From: Candidatus Culexmicrobium cathedralense
GTDB taxonomy: Archaea > Thermoproteota > Methanomethylicia > Culexarchaeales > Culexmicrobiaceae
Length of the DNA stretch: 64,000 nt
Direction of reading: 5' to 3'
NCBI GenBank assembly: GCA_025061115.1
Contig: JANZKC010000001.1
Span: 192,001 to 256,000 of the forward strand
Shown here: positions 1 through 10,455 of the stretch, piece by piece
How the letters are laid out: each line of letters starts with the position of its first letter
Numbering within the stretch: the stretch's first letter is position 1
Made by a program: the position numbers and the translations under genes
Notes under the pieces: generated by a model
Told to the model about the DNA's origin: nothing
The model's database searches: none
What the model saw: only the letters and a program-made list of their open reading frames with translations

Positions 1-2
1 TA

Positions 3-98
3 TTTACTTCACTCAAAAAAGCCAAAAAACCGAATAGGTGCCCGAAATGCAAAAGCGAGAGAATTACCCCACCAGCATTCATGATGACTAGAAAGTGA
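3..98 (+). CDS. 3' end of HTH/Zn-ribbon transcriptional regulator (COG3357-like), truncated by window edge
   Basis: Frame 3 reads FTSLKKAKKPNRCPKCKSERITPPAFMMTRK* (stop 96-98); KPxRCPKCKSExIxPP is typical of this archaeal family. Confidence 0.6.
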   Translation, partial: FTSLKKAKKPNRCPKCKSERITPPAFMMTRK

Positions 99-107
99 AT
101 AGCAATT

Positions 108-737
108 TCAGCAGTCGACATCAACTATGTCAATTTTATTCAAATCAACAACATAATCCGCAAGCTCAATTAATTTCATCATCATTAAGCGTTCATTACG
201 ACTAATACCGCTGCCTAAATCTTCTTTTAACGTCTTCCCAAAATACCCATTAGCTACAAAAGTTTCAGCTACGCTTAACGCTTGGGGGAGTAAGCCTAAA
301 TCCCCCACCTGAAAGTACAGAGTCACATCATTAATCACCAATATTGAAGTTGGATTAGCTTGAAATTTCTGTAGCAGGTGATGGCACTTAACTCTATTTA
401 AACTTGCTAATCTAATAACTTCATCCCTGCTTTTACTAGTTAGTCTCGGAGCAGCAATGTCGTCTGTATAGTACCGAACGCCACTTAAACTTAGCCCAAA
501 ATCCGCGAGCTTTCCGCCTACCTGGACACCTTCAATTAAAATTTTATTGGGAGCGAAATCCAGGACAGTTACTTCTTCAGAGTAACCTAGCTTTAGCAGT
601 TTCATTACGATTTGAAGAGTTAGCGAAGTCTTACCTTTACCGACATCTCCAATGATCAGCGTCCGTCTACCTAAAAGCTCGGCTACGCTCAGCTTCATCA
701 CGTCGAAATACTCATAAGGTAATTTAAGTCTAACCAC
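108..737 (-). CDS. Uncharacterised small P-loop NTPase
   Basis: 209 aa; Walker A GDVGKGKT; atypical Walker B ILVIND. Confidence 0.7.
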   Translation of the reverse strand: MVRLKLPYEYFDVMKLSVAELLGRRTLIIGDVGKGKTSLTLQIVMKLLKLGYSEEVTVLDFAPNKILIEGVQVGGKLADFGLSLSGVRYYTDDIAAPRLTSKSRDEVIRLASLNRVKCHHLLQKFQANPTSILVINDVTLYFQVGDLGLLPQALSVAETFVANGYFGKTLKEDLGSGISRNERLMMMKLIELADYVVDLNKIDIVDVDC

Positions 738-742
738 ACAGG

Positions 743-1240
743 ATGAATATGCTCACTAATAAAGGAATGAAGAAGCAGCTGGGAAAATTAGCTTTAACAG
801 CTATTTTCTCAGCCTTAGGAGTAATTTTATCTCCAGCAATCATCGTAATAGGACCGACCAAGTGCTACCCATTCCAGCACATGATAAATGGATTGGCAGG
901 CGTGCTCATAGGTCCATGGTATGCTGGTCTTTCAGCACTAATAACTGGCATTGTTAGAAACATGCTTGGAACTGGAACAATCTTCGCATTTCCAGGAGGA
1001 ATTCCCGGCGCAATTGCCGTTGGGCTTACTTACAAGATTACTAGAAGAGATGAAGCAGCACTGGCAGAACCCATTGGCACTTTCATCGGAGCTATACTCA
1101 GCGCATACATTGTAGGACCAGCAGTAGGAAGAACCATGGCTCCACAAGCCTTTATATTGGCATTTTTGATGAGCAGCATCCCAGGATCCATATTGGGGTA
1201 TTTAGCGTTGAAAGTTGTTAGGAAAGCTTTAAAGATGTAA
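743..1240 (+). CDS. thiW: ECF transporter S component ThiW (thiazole precursor uptake)
   Basis: Hydrophobic 165 aa; KCYPFQHMINGLAGVLIGPWY and GTIFAFPGGIPGA motifs of ThiW. Confidence 0.85.
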   Translation: MNMLTNKGMKKQLGKLALTAIFSALGVILSPAIIVIGPTKCYPFQHMINGLAGVLIGPWYAGLSALITGIVRNMLGTGTIFAFPGGIPGAIAVGLTYKITRRDEAALAEPIGTFIGAILSAYIVGPAVGRTMAPQAFILAFLMSSIPGSILGYLALKVVRKALKM

Positions 1241-1247
1241 TAGGTAC

Positions 1248-1269
1248 ATTTTGTGCAATTGCACAAAAT
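1248..1269. promoter_or_regulatory. Perfect 22-bp palindrome abutting TATA box (putative operator)
   Basis: ATTTTGTGCAATTGCACAAAAT is its own reverse complement; TTTATA follows at 1269-1274, about 35 bp upstream of the ATG at 1309. Confidence 0.7.
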
Positions 1270-1308
1270 TTATATTCGACTTTAGAAAACGATTATACGG
1301 GTGAGAAG

Positions 1309-1566
1309 ATGGCTTGGGGTTGGGGGAGAGGTAGAAGGGGCTGGACTGGACCTTGGCCTGGCAGAGGGCCCTTCAGCCACCTACCGCCATGGATGAGACC
1401 TGGATGGCTATTTGGCAGAGGAGCATGCTGGTGGCTATTTGGAGCCCCCTGGTGGTTAAGGTGGCCCTACCCAGCATACTACCCACAATACTCGTTCTAC
1501 CCATGGATGAGCTGGTGGATGTACTATCCGATGTACTATGCTCCATGGATGAGGCCATGGTGGTGA
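1309..1566 (+). CDS. Small Trp/Tyr/Pro/Gly-rich protein (resembles N-terminal part of DUF5320-like proteins)
   Basis: RBS GGGTGA before ATG; 85 aa, 17 Trp, no Asp/Glu/Lys; motif GPWPGRGPFSHLPPWMRPGWLFGRGACWW. Confidence 0.7.
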   Translation: MAWGWGRGRRGWTGPWPGRGPFSHLPPWMRPGWLFGRGACWWLFGAPWWLRWPYPAYYPQYSFYPWMSWWMYYPMYYAPWMRPWW

Positions 1567-1573
1567 TAGGAAG

Positions 1574-1786
1574 ATGACGCCCTACTACTGGTGGTACTAT
1601 ACGCCATACTACTATCCACCAGCAATGCCGCCAATGACATTCCTATACGACCTGTATAGCTTAATGCTAAGCACCTACTACTGGAAGCTATACATTGAAG
1701 CTTTTAGGATGGCAATGGAAGCTTGGAGCAGAAGCTTTGAAGCAATGTTTAAAGCCCTCGAAACTCAAGCCAAGCCATCAACTTAA
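1574..1786 (+). CDS. Small Tyr/Pro-rich protein with C-terminal amphipathic helix
   Basis: 70 aa; GGTGA/AGGA upstream; operon spacing of 7 bp to the previous gene. Confidence 0.6.
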   Translation: MTPYYWWYYTPYYYPPAMPPMTFLYDLYSLMLSTYYWKLYIEAFRMAMEAWSRSFEAMFKALETQAKPST

Positions 1787-1809
1787 AATGCTTACGAAAA
1801 ATATGTGAG

Positions 1810-2172
1810 GTGATTAAAGTGTACGGCTATGGTTATGGAAGGAAGAGAAGGAGAAGAATCTGGCAATACTGGTATCCACCGCCACCTCCGCCATGGATGT
1901 ACATGCCGCCTCCACAGCAAGCCCAGCAGCCGGCTCAGCAAGCTCAAGCAACGCAGCAGGCGGGAATGCCCCAGTATGCATATCCTCCATATCCACCATA
2001 CCCCTACATCATGCCACCGCCACCATTAACACCAGAAGAAGAGCTTGAAATGCTAGAGGACTACAGGGAAAGCTTGATGGAGGAGATCGAAGACATAAAG
2101 GAAGAACTGAAGAGTGTTGAGGAGAGAATCAAAGAGCTAAGGAATATGCTTAAAAAGGGAAGTGAAGTTTAG
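1810..2172 (+). CDS. Pro/Tyr/Gln-rich protein with C-terminal acidic coiled coil (DUF5320-like)
   Basis: Basic RKRRRR patch, poly-Pro/Gln/Tyr tract, then TPEEELEMLEDYRESLMEEIEDIKEELKSVEERIKEL heptads. Confidence 0.7.
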   Translation: MIKVYGYGYGRKRRRRIWQYWYPPPPPPWMYMPPPQQAQQPAQQAQATQQAGMPQYAYPPYPPYPYIMPPPPLTPEEELEMLEDYRESLMEEIEDIKEELKSVEERIKELRNMLKKGSEV

Positions 2173-2182
2173 TAGTTAGTAG

Positions 2183-2449
2183 CTACTTCAACTCAATCAA
2201 GTAAATTCCATACTTTTTTATTTCTTCAATTTCGTAATATTTAGCTATGTCAACTTTATGAACCTTCTTGACAACCTTACTAATCTTCCTCCCAGTAAAC
2301 TGCTTTTTAACTGGATCCCACTCCTTAAGAACAAGAATATCTCCTACTGAAACTTCAAAGTCAGCCAATCTGACTTCAACGTTCTTCTCTCCACTAACTA
2401 TTTTTTCGAACCATTCCGGCAAAATTTTCTTCTCAACAACCCTAACCAA
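2183..2449 (-). CDS. ASCH/DUF3850-type (PUA-like) domain protein
   Basis: KILPEWFEKIVSGEKNVEVRLADFEVSVGDILVLKEWD signature. Confidence 0.75.
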   Translation of the reverse strand: MVRVVEKKILPEWFEKIVSGEKNVEVRLADFEVSVGDILVLKEWDPVKKQFTGRKISKVVKKVHKVDIAKYYEIEEIKKYGIYLIELK

Positions 2450-2469
2450 GACTTCCCCTCAAAATGGAT

Positions 2470-4638
<2,169 letters not shown>

Positions 4639-4741
4639 TTAACCCTCCAGAGCTAAACGATAAGAGTGCTTGGAAACCTAAAAATTAATCGCTTTTAATT
4701 ATGAAATAATGGTTGAATCACTTAATCTCACCATTATGCAT

Positions 4742-5227
4742 TCAATCGCCACCCTCCTTCGAAGAGGGAGTCTCACCCTCCTCAGGCTCAATCTCCTCAG
4801 CTTCAAGCATCTCCTCAGGAGGCTTAGCTATCTTTGAAACACGCTCAAGTATTCTCATCACCCTCATAGGCTCAGGAGTGTACAGCATAAAAATCTGCCT
4901 TCTACCCTTATATACAGATACGAATTTACGCTGCTCATTAGCTACAAAACGATATTCAGGGCGAAGTGGAATAGCCCTCTCCTTAGGGTCAATAATACCG
5001 AAATTAGTTATTCTGTACTTCGCAATTGAAGGAATTATTGCTGGAGGAGTGAACATTAAAATTACAAAAAGCACAATCAATGAAAACTCAAACAAAAACT
5101 GGTATAGGACGAGAAGTATTAGAAAGTACATCGCAAATAAAGCTAAAGTCCTTAAGTAGCGCTTAGCTCTATCAGCATTCTTCAATTCGGATGCATCAAT
5201 TTCATAGAATACTTCCACCTTACTCAA
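4742..5227 (-). CDS. Hypothetical membrane protein (2 TM, small soluble domain, acidic tail)
   Basis: 161 aa ORF with a hydrophobic hairpin. Confidence 0.65.
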   Translation of the reverse strand: MSKVEVFYEIDASELKNADRAKRYLRTLALFAMYFLILLVLYQFLFEFSLIVLFVILMFTPPAIIPSIAKYRITNFGIIDPKERAIPLRPEYRFVANEQRKFVSVYKGRRQIFMLYTPEPMRVMRILERVSKIAKPPEEMLEAEEIEPEEGETPSSKEGGD

Positions 5228-5313
5228 AGCCTACACCTTAAATATATTAAATCATTACAAATATTTATACGCTGTCAAACCACTCAACTCTGAACTCCAA
5301 ATGAAGAATAAAA

Positions 5314-6609
5314 TTACGGCGAGCATGGTTCTAAACGCTTAAAAAGCGCATCCCTCCCCGTCCTCAGCATAACGATTCTTTCCCAACTTCTAAGAGATGG
5401 ACATATGTAGCAGCCTATCCGGTAGAAACCATCAACGTACAGTGGGTTTAGGGGAATGCCATTATAGATAAGGTATAATTGCGACATCCATGTTGGCCAC
5501 ATCTTCATCGGAGCTAACTGAAATACGAATTCATGTCTTCGAGCCGGAGGCCTCAAGCTTCTAAGCTTAGACTCAGCATCCCTGTCGCCCACGATTACCA
5601 GCGGATTGTCAGTTAACTTCCTAACCGCCCTATAAAGAGCTTCAATTTTTAATTGAGTACACCACCTATCATTAACCGCAGGTAGGCCTCTAACCTTAAC
5701 TTCCTCATCGATCCCTGCATATACAACTTCAACTTTGACGTTAAGCTTCTTCGAAACATCTTCAATATAACCTATGGTTTCAGGAAATTCAAGTCCAGTA
5801 TCGACGAAGATTGCAGTTACATCCTTAAACACCTTTAAAGCCAAGAGAAGTGCACAAGTACTATCTTTACCTCCACTCCAAGGCACGACTACATCTCCAA
5901 CTCCTTCATAACGCTTCAAGAAGCTTATTGAGATGTGCTCATGAAGTTTAATGACATCTTCATTGATGGAAATAATTCTGCCAAGATCCACATCCATAAA
6001 ATCATCAATCAATCTAATTGCACTAACCTTCTCACCTTTAATTGGAATTTTCAGCTCAGCAACCTTTAACTTACCTGAATAAACATGATGCAGGCCGCCG
6101 AAATCCCTAACAATTAATGGGCATTTACCAATTCTACCAAGGATGTCTTCAAGAATTCGAGCGAAGCCCTCAAATCCTAGAAAAACATCAATCGCAGGAT
6201 TCTCCAATCGAAAAATAATTTCACCAGCATGCTTAGTGAAGTGGTAAGCTTCACTGCTCCAGCCAACAACATTCCTTATTTTAGCTCTACCTCTCTCAAT
6301 ATTTGAGGCAATTTCAGTCAACCTAGCGCTTCTAACCTTACTTTTATTAACAAGTTGAAAAACAACATTATCTGGGAAGAATTTTTCCAAAGCTTCTAAA
6401 TGCTCATCCTCTCTACCTAAAAGGACTACGTAGTAGTTATTCTCATCAATTATTGATTCTAACCTACTAAGAACTTCATCTTTAGATCTAGCTCCACCTA
6501 AAGTGCGAACTTCCAAGTTCCAACCTTTGAAAAACCTAATTAAAGTTGCAGTCACGGCATCAGCATCCCTCTTAGCACGGACAACAACCCTAAACATCAT
6601 AAGCACCAA
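5314..6609 (-). CDS. PAPS/APS reductase-family protein with extra N-terminal domain
   Basis: PP-loop WSGGKDS, DTGLEFPET, RWC, RIGCYICP. Confidence 0.85.
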   Translation of the reverse strand: MVLMMFRVVVRAKRDADAVTATLIRFFKGWNLEVRTLGGARSKDEVLSRLESIIDENNYYVVLLGREDEHLEALEKFFPDNVVFQLVNKSKVRSARLTEIASNIERGRAKIRNVVGWSSEAYHFTKHAGEIIFRLENPAIDVFLGFEGFARILEDILGRIGKCPLIVRDFGGLHHVYSGKLKVAELKIPIKGEKVSAIRLIDDFMDVDLGRIISINEDVIKLHEHISISFLKRYEGVGDVVVPWSGGKDSTCALLLALKVFKDVTAIFVDTGLEFPETIGYIEDVSKKLNVKVEVVYAGIDEEVKVRGLPAVNDRWCTQLKIEALYRAVRKLTDNPLVIVGDRDAESKLRSLRPPARRHEFVFQLAPMKMWPTWMSQLYLIYNGIPLNPLYVDGFYRIGCYICPSLRSWERIVMLRTGRDALFKRLEPCSP

Positions 6610-6677
6610 TTCATCTTTTCATAATTCTTATTATTGTAAGCCAAATTAATATGTTCAAGAACACGTGGTGATGGAGC

Positions 6678-7619
6678 ATGATCCATAAAAACTCCATTAC
6701 AGTTGGATTTAGGCCTGATGGATCCCAAATAAAAATTCCATTAATCAAAATTAAAGGCAAAAGCACCGAACCCAAAATTTTTATTGGAGCTTCAATCCAC
6801 GGAAATGAGCTTACAGGTCAAGTGAGCATTTGGAGGCTAATTGATTACTTGAAAGATAGAGAGGTTAAAGGCGAATTAACAATCATACCTACAATGAATC
6901 CGGAAGGATTCAACTACAACGTTCGTGGAATACCTAGTGGAGCGCCAGATTTAAACAGGCTCTACCCCGGCGACCCTAAAGGATCACTTGCCGAAAGAAT
7001 TGTAGCTAAAATTTGGGAGATAGCCAAAAAACATGAATTCATCATAGATATGCATACCGCTGGAAATTGCATACCGTTCATTCTACTGGACCCAGCACCA
7101 CCAGAGCTTCGAAGAAGAATTGAGGAAATAGCATATGCAAGTGAAATAACAGTTCTCGACGAGTTTCCACCAGAGAAGTATGAGAGAATTGGATTAGCAA
7201 AAAGCTTACCTGCAGTTGCAGTGAAGGAGGGAATTCCCGCATTCACAGTTGAGCTACCTGGCTTTAGAGGAGTGAACATAGCTGGAGCAAAGGCTGGATT
7301 CATAGCTCTCAAAAACATGCTGGTAAAACTGGAAATAATCGAAGATAGCTTTGAGAAAATTAACTTCATACCAGTTATCAGAGAAAAGGGATATAGAAGG
7401 GAAACCGTTTATGCTGAAAAGCCGGGGCTACTCGAATACGTCAAGGAATTAGGAGATAAGGTCTATAAAGGAGAAGTCATTGCCAGAGTTAGGAACGTAT
7501 TCGGTGAAGTGATTGAAGAAATTAAGAGCCCATGGAATGGATACATCATATCATTAAACCCAACATCAACGGTTGGAACTGGAGGATATGTAGCATCAAT
7601 GGCCATCAAAATTGCCTAA
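6678..7619 (+). CDS. Succinylglutamate desuccinylase/aspartoacylase (M14-like) family protein
   Basis: HGNE, DLNRLYPG, IDMHT, TVE; C-terminal barrel-sandwich domain. Confidence 0.9.
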   Translation: MIHKNSITVGFRPDGSQIKIPLIKIKGKSTEPKIFIGASIHGNELTGQVSIWRLIDYLKDREVKGELTIIPTMNPEGFNYNVRGIPSGAPDLNRLYPGDPKGSLAERIVAKIWEIAKKHEFIIDMHTAGNCIPFILLDPAPPELRRRIEEIAYASEITVLDEFPPEKYERIGLAKSLPAVAVKEGIPAFTVELPGFRGVNIAGAKAGFIALKNMLVKLEIIEDSFEKINFIPVIREKGYRRETVYAEKPGLLEYVKELGDKVYKGEVIARVRNVFGEVIEEIKSPWNGYIISLNPTSTVGTGGYVASMAIKIA

Positions 7620-7876
7620 TAAACCTTTAAGCTCACTAACTTCTCAGCAAGCAGTAAGCCAGCTTTAGAAAGTCTCACAGGAACATTTTTCTCCTTATAA
7701 GAGCCAGCTCGAATTAAGCCAGCATCTCTAAGTAATCTTAAATTCCACTTAACAGTTGACTCTGGAATATTAAGATATGCCGACAACTCCCGTGCAAGTG
7801 AAGTTAAAGTCGCATTTCCATCATAGCGGAGATACACTTGCACTAAAATTTGCTTCTGCCTCCTAGTAAGCTTCAT
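7616..7876 (-). CDS. Winged-helix transcriptional regulator; frame is open upstream to about 8002 (possible frameshifted 5' part)
   Basis: TLTSLARELS...PESTVKWNLRLLRDAGLI HTH pattern. Confidence 0.75.
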   Translation of the reverse strand: MKLTRRQKQILVQVYLRYDGNATLTSLARELSAYLNIPESTVKWNLRLLRDAGLIRAGSYKEKNVPVRLSKAGLLLAEKLVSLKVY

Positions 7877-8033
7877 TAAAGCAAATTTAAGGAAAACATT
7901 CCTCCAATAATTTTGAAATAATTGGTCTTCACGTGTTAGGACAGCATCACTACTTGCCTTTCGCCATGCTTGCGCAAGCTTAGCTACAATCCCCGCACAA
8001 AATCACCCATAATATCGGAGAGAAACATTTTAA

Positions 8034-9356
8034 TTAGCTTTGCGGAGCCTTGAATCTACCCCTAACTACTCCAGCTGCACTGCGCTCATCCCTAGTCAAT
8101 TCGAAGATGGTCTTCATAAGATCAACTTCAGCTTCACTTGGAGCTTTACCCCTCCTAGAATATACCCTGAACATGGTTTTTATAGCGGAATTCAAGTATA
8201 GTTCCACAGCTCCAAAGCCGAGGCTTTTAGCGTAAATTGTAAATGAAGGAACATCTTCAAATATTACTCCATATAAGTGAGAGGCAAAACCAACAGTTTT
8301 ACCGGTCCAAATTTGACATCCAATTGCGGTTTTAACGTGATCAGCAATAAAGCATCCAACCTTAATTTTTCCCGTTTCAACCATGCGATTTGAAACTCTA
8401 ACTTTAACATTTCCATAAGTGTTCTTCAAGTCTGAATTGACTGTTAAAGCACCAATATTAACCCACTCCCCAACATAGGAGTGGCCTATGAAGCCCACAT
8501 GATACATATTAACATAACCATGAAAGATGGACTCCTCAACTTCACCTCCAACTCTACATGTATCTCCAATACTCGATCCACCTCTAATTCTGGCTCCACT
8601 CAAAATTCTCGTTTTACATCCAATGTAGCAAGGGCCTTCAATTCTCGCCGGCCCTTGAACCTCAACATCATCTCCAATGAATACTTGACCACGTCTAGCA
8701 TCAATACTCACATGACCTTCAACCTTAGCATTACCTGCAATGTAAATATTGTTGGGTGAGCCATAAATTGCAACTTTATCTTCAACATCTCCATTTATTC
8801 CTGGGGCTTGAACTATCAAATTGAAGTCGAACTGCATTAATGAACTATTATAATCGATGAGATCCCACAAAAAACACACCATTGAAATATTTGAAGTCTT
8901 AATGAAGTCGACGGCAGGTTTAAGCTTGAGGAAGCAGCCTCTAGTAACTAATCCACCCGAGGACCCACTTAAAACATCTAATGCTTGATTCCTCTTCAGC
9001 TTTGCTGCAATAATGCTACTTCCATCTTCACTCAGAACCACCCTACTTCCCCCTCTCATCAAACGCTCTAGAATCAACATGGAATTTTCATTTACAACTA
9101 GCCTCCCATTGACGAATAGAGCGTCATCATCAATGTTATCAGGAGAATTTACATGGAAACCTGCACGCCTTTCAGCTTCAACTTTAGATAGGTAATCTCT
9201 AGTAAATAGAAACGCGGATTTGAAATTCAGAACTTTAAGCAATCTGTCCAAAAAAGTGAGGATGCCTACTCTTAATTCATATACTGGCCTCGAATAAGCT
9301 AGTGGCAGGAAGTTGGAAAAGTAGTCATCTTCAAAAACTACTAGGCGCAACATCAT
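8034..9356 (-). CDS. GlmU-like putative sugar nucleotidyltransferase with left-handed beta-helix
   Basis: FLPLAYSRPVYELRVG N-terminus plus hexapeptide repeats; start placed at ATG 9356 after GGGTGA (ORF track extends to 9431). Confidence 0.85.
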   Translation of the reverse strand: MMLRLVVFEDDYFSNFLPLAYSRPVYELRVGILTFLDRLLKVLNFKSAFLFTRDYLSKVEAERRAGFHVNSPDNIDDDALFVNGRLVVNENSMLILERLMRGGSRVVLSEDGSSIIAAKLKRNQALDVLSGSSGGLVTRGCFLKLKPAVDFIKTSNISMVCFLWDLIDYNSSLMQFDFNLIVQAPGINGDVEDKVAIYGSPNNIYIAGNAKVEGHVSIDARRGQVFIGDDVEVQGPARIEGPCYIGCKTRILSGARIRGGSSIGDTCRVGGEVEESIFHGYVNMYHVGFIGHSYVGEWVNIGALTVNSDLKNTYGNVKVRVSNRMVETGKIKVGCFIADHVKTAIGCQIWTGKTVGFASHLYGVIFEDVPSFTIYAKSLGFGAVELYLNSAIKTMFRVYSRRGKAPSEAEVDLMKTIFELTRDERSAAGVVRGRFKAPQS

Positions 9357-9486
9357 CACCCATAGCCAATACAATTTACTTAATGCACATATTTTTCTTT
9401 TTATTATCTGAAATTTCAAATTAACATACATATTTTAAGCCCCTTATATAAAGATGAACTGCATATAGCTTACTGGAGAGAAGCAA

Positions 9487-10455
9487 ATGAAAGGACACTT
9501 AGTTTTCGTGGGCCACATTTCAATGGATAAAGTTAGGAATATTCATGGTGAAAGGCAGCAGCCTGGAGGAGCAGCTCTCTATGCTGCACTTGCCGCTAAG
9601 ACGTTATTCCCAGACGTTAGAATTGTATCTTCAGTTGGTAAGGACTTCAAGTACATGGATATCCTAAAGAATTTTAGTAAATGTGAAGTAAAATTAGTCG
9701 ACCTTCCATCAACCAAGTTCACGATAGAGTATGATGATAAGTGGAGAGCAAAATACTCTAAAGCAGTGATTGGAGCTGGAATGCAAATCAAAGTAACTAG
9801 CATACCTATAACTTGGTTGACGTCAAATACCATAGTCCACCTATGTCCAATGAAGCCTCTCAAAGTAGAGAAGATGATTGACCGAATCAAGCGCTACTCT
9901 CCAAAAACAAAAGTTTCAGTTAATTCTTGGATTGGATACATGAAAAATAGGGTTAATAGAGAGGCGCTTAGAAGAATTGCATCTAAAGTAGACTTCTTCA
10001 TCGTAAATGAGCGCGAAGTAAAAGCTCTAACTAGAACGGACTCGCTAATCCACGCAATAAATCTAATTGACTGTAAAATGCTCGTAGTCACTCTTGGAGA
10101 GCTAGGTGCAATAGTCAGCACCAATGGAGAAGTAACCATGATACCAGCACTCCGCACAGCTACACAAAAGGTAATTGACACCACTGGAGCTGGAGACTGC
10201 TGGTGCGGCGCTTTTCTTGCAGCTTACAAGTTAACTGAAGATATATCCAGAGCAATTACAACTGCATCTATAATTTCAAGTATAAAGTGCAGTGGATGGG
10301 GCTTCGAAAAGCTACTCAAATTAAAATTCAACAAGGTAGATGATGTAGCTAAGTATGTACTTAGAATGCGGGAAAAGTCGGTTCAAAGAGTTTTAACCGA
10401 ATTTATAGAAGCGAAGAAAACTTCTTCTTCAAATCATTTCTGCTTGAAAGTATGA
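9487..10455 (+). CDS. PfkB/ribokinase-family sugar or nucleoside kinase
   Basis: PGGAALYAA, NEREV, TLGELGA, DTTGAGD anion-hole motif. Confidence 0.9.
   Translation: MKGHLVFVGHISMDKVRNIHGERQQPGGAALYAALAAKTLFPDVRIVSSVGKDFKYMDILKNFSKCEVKLVDLPSTKFTIEYDDKWRAKYSKAVIGAGMQIKVTSIPITWLTSNTIVHLCPMKPLKVEKMIDRIKRYSPKTKVSVNSWIGYMKNRVNREALRRIASKVDFFIVNEREVKALTRTDSLIHAINLIDCKMLVVTLGELGAIVSTNGEVTMIPALRTATQKVIDTTGAGDCWCGAFLAAYKLTEDISRAITTASIISSIKCSGWGFEKLLKLKFNKVDDVAKYVLRMREKSVQRVLTEFIEAKKTSSSNHFCLKV

Noticed and set aside
1353-1577. Alternative-frame and antisense ORFs over the W/Y/P cluster (1353-1577, 1373-1558, 1814-1999, 1829-2029)
   Set aside because: Shadows of low-complexity coding sequence; no RBS, while the chosen frames have SD sites and operon spacing
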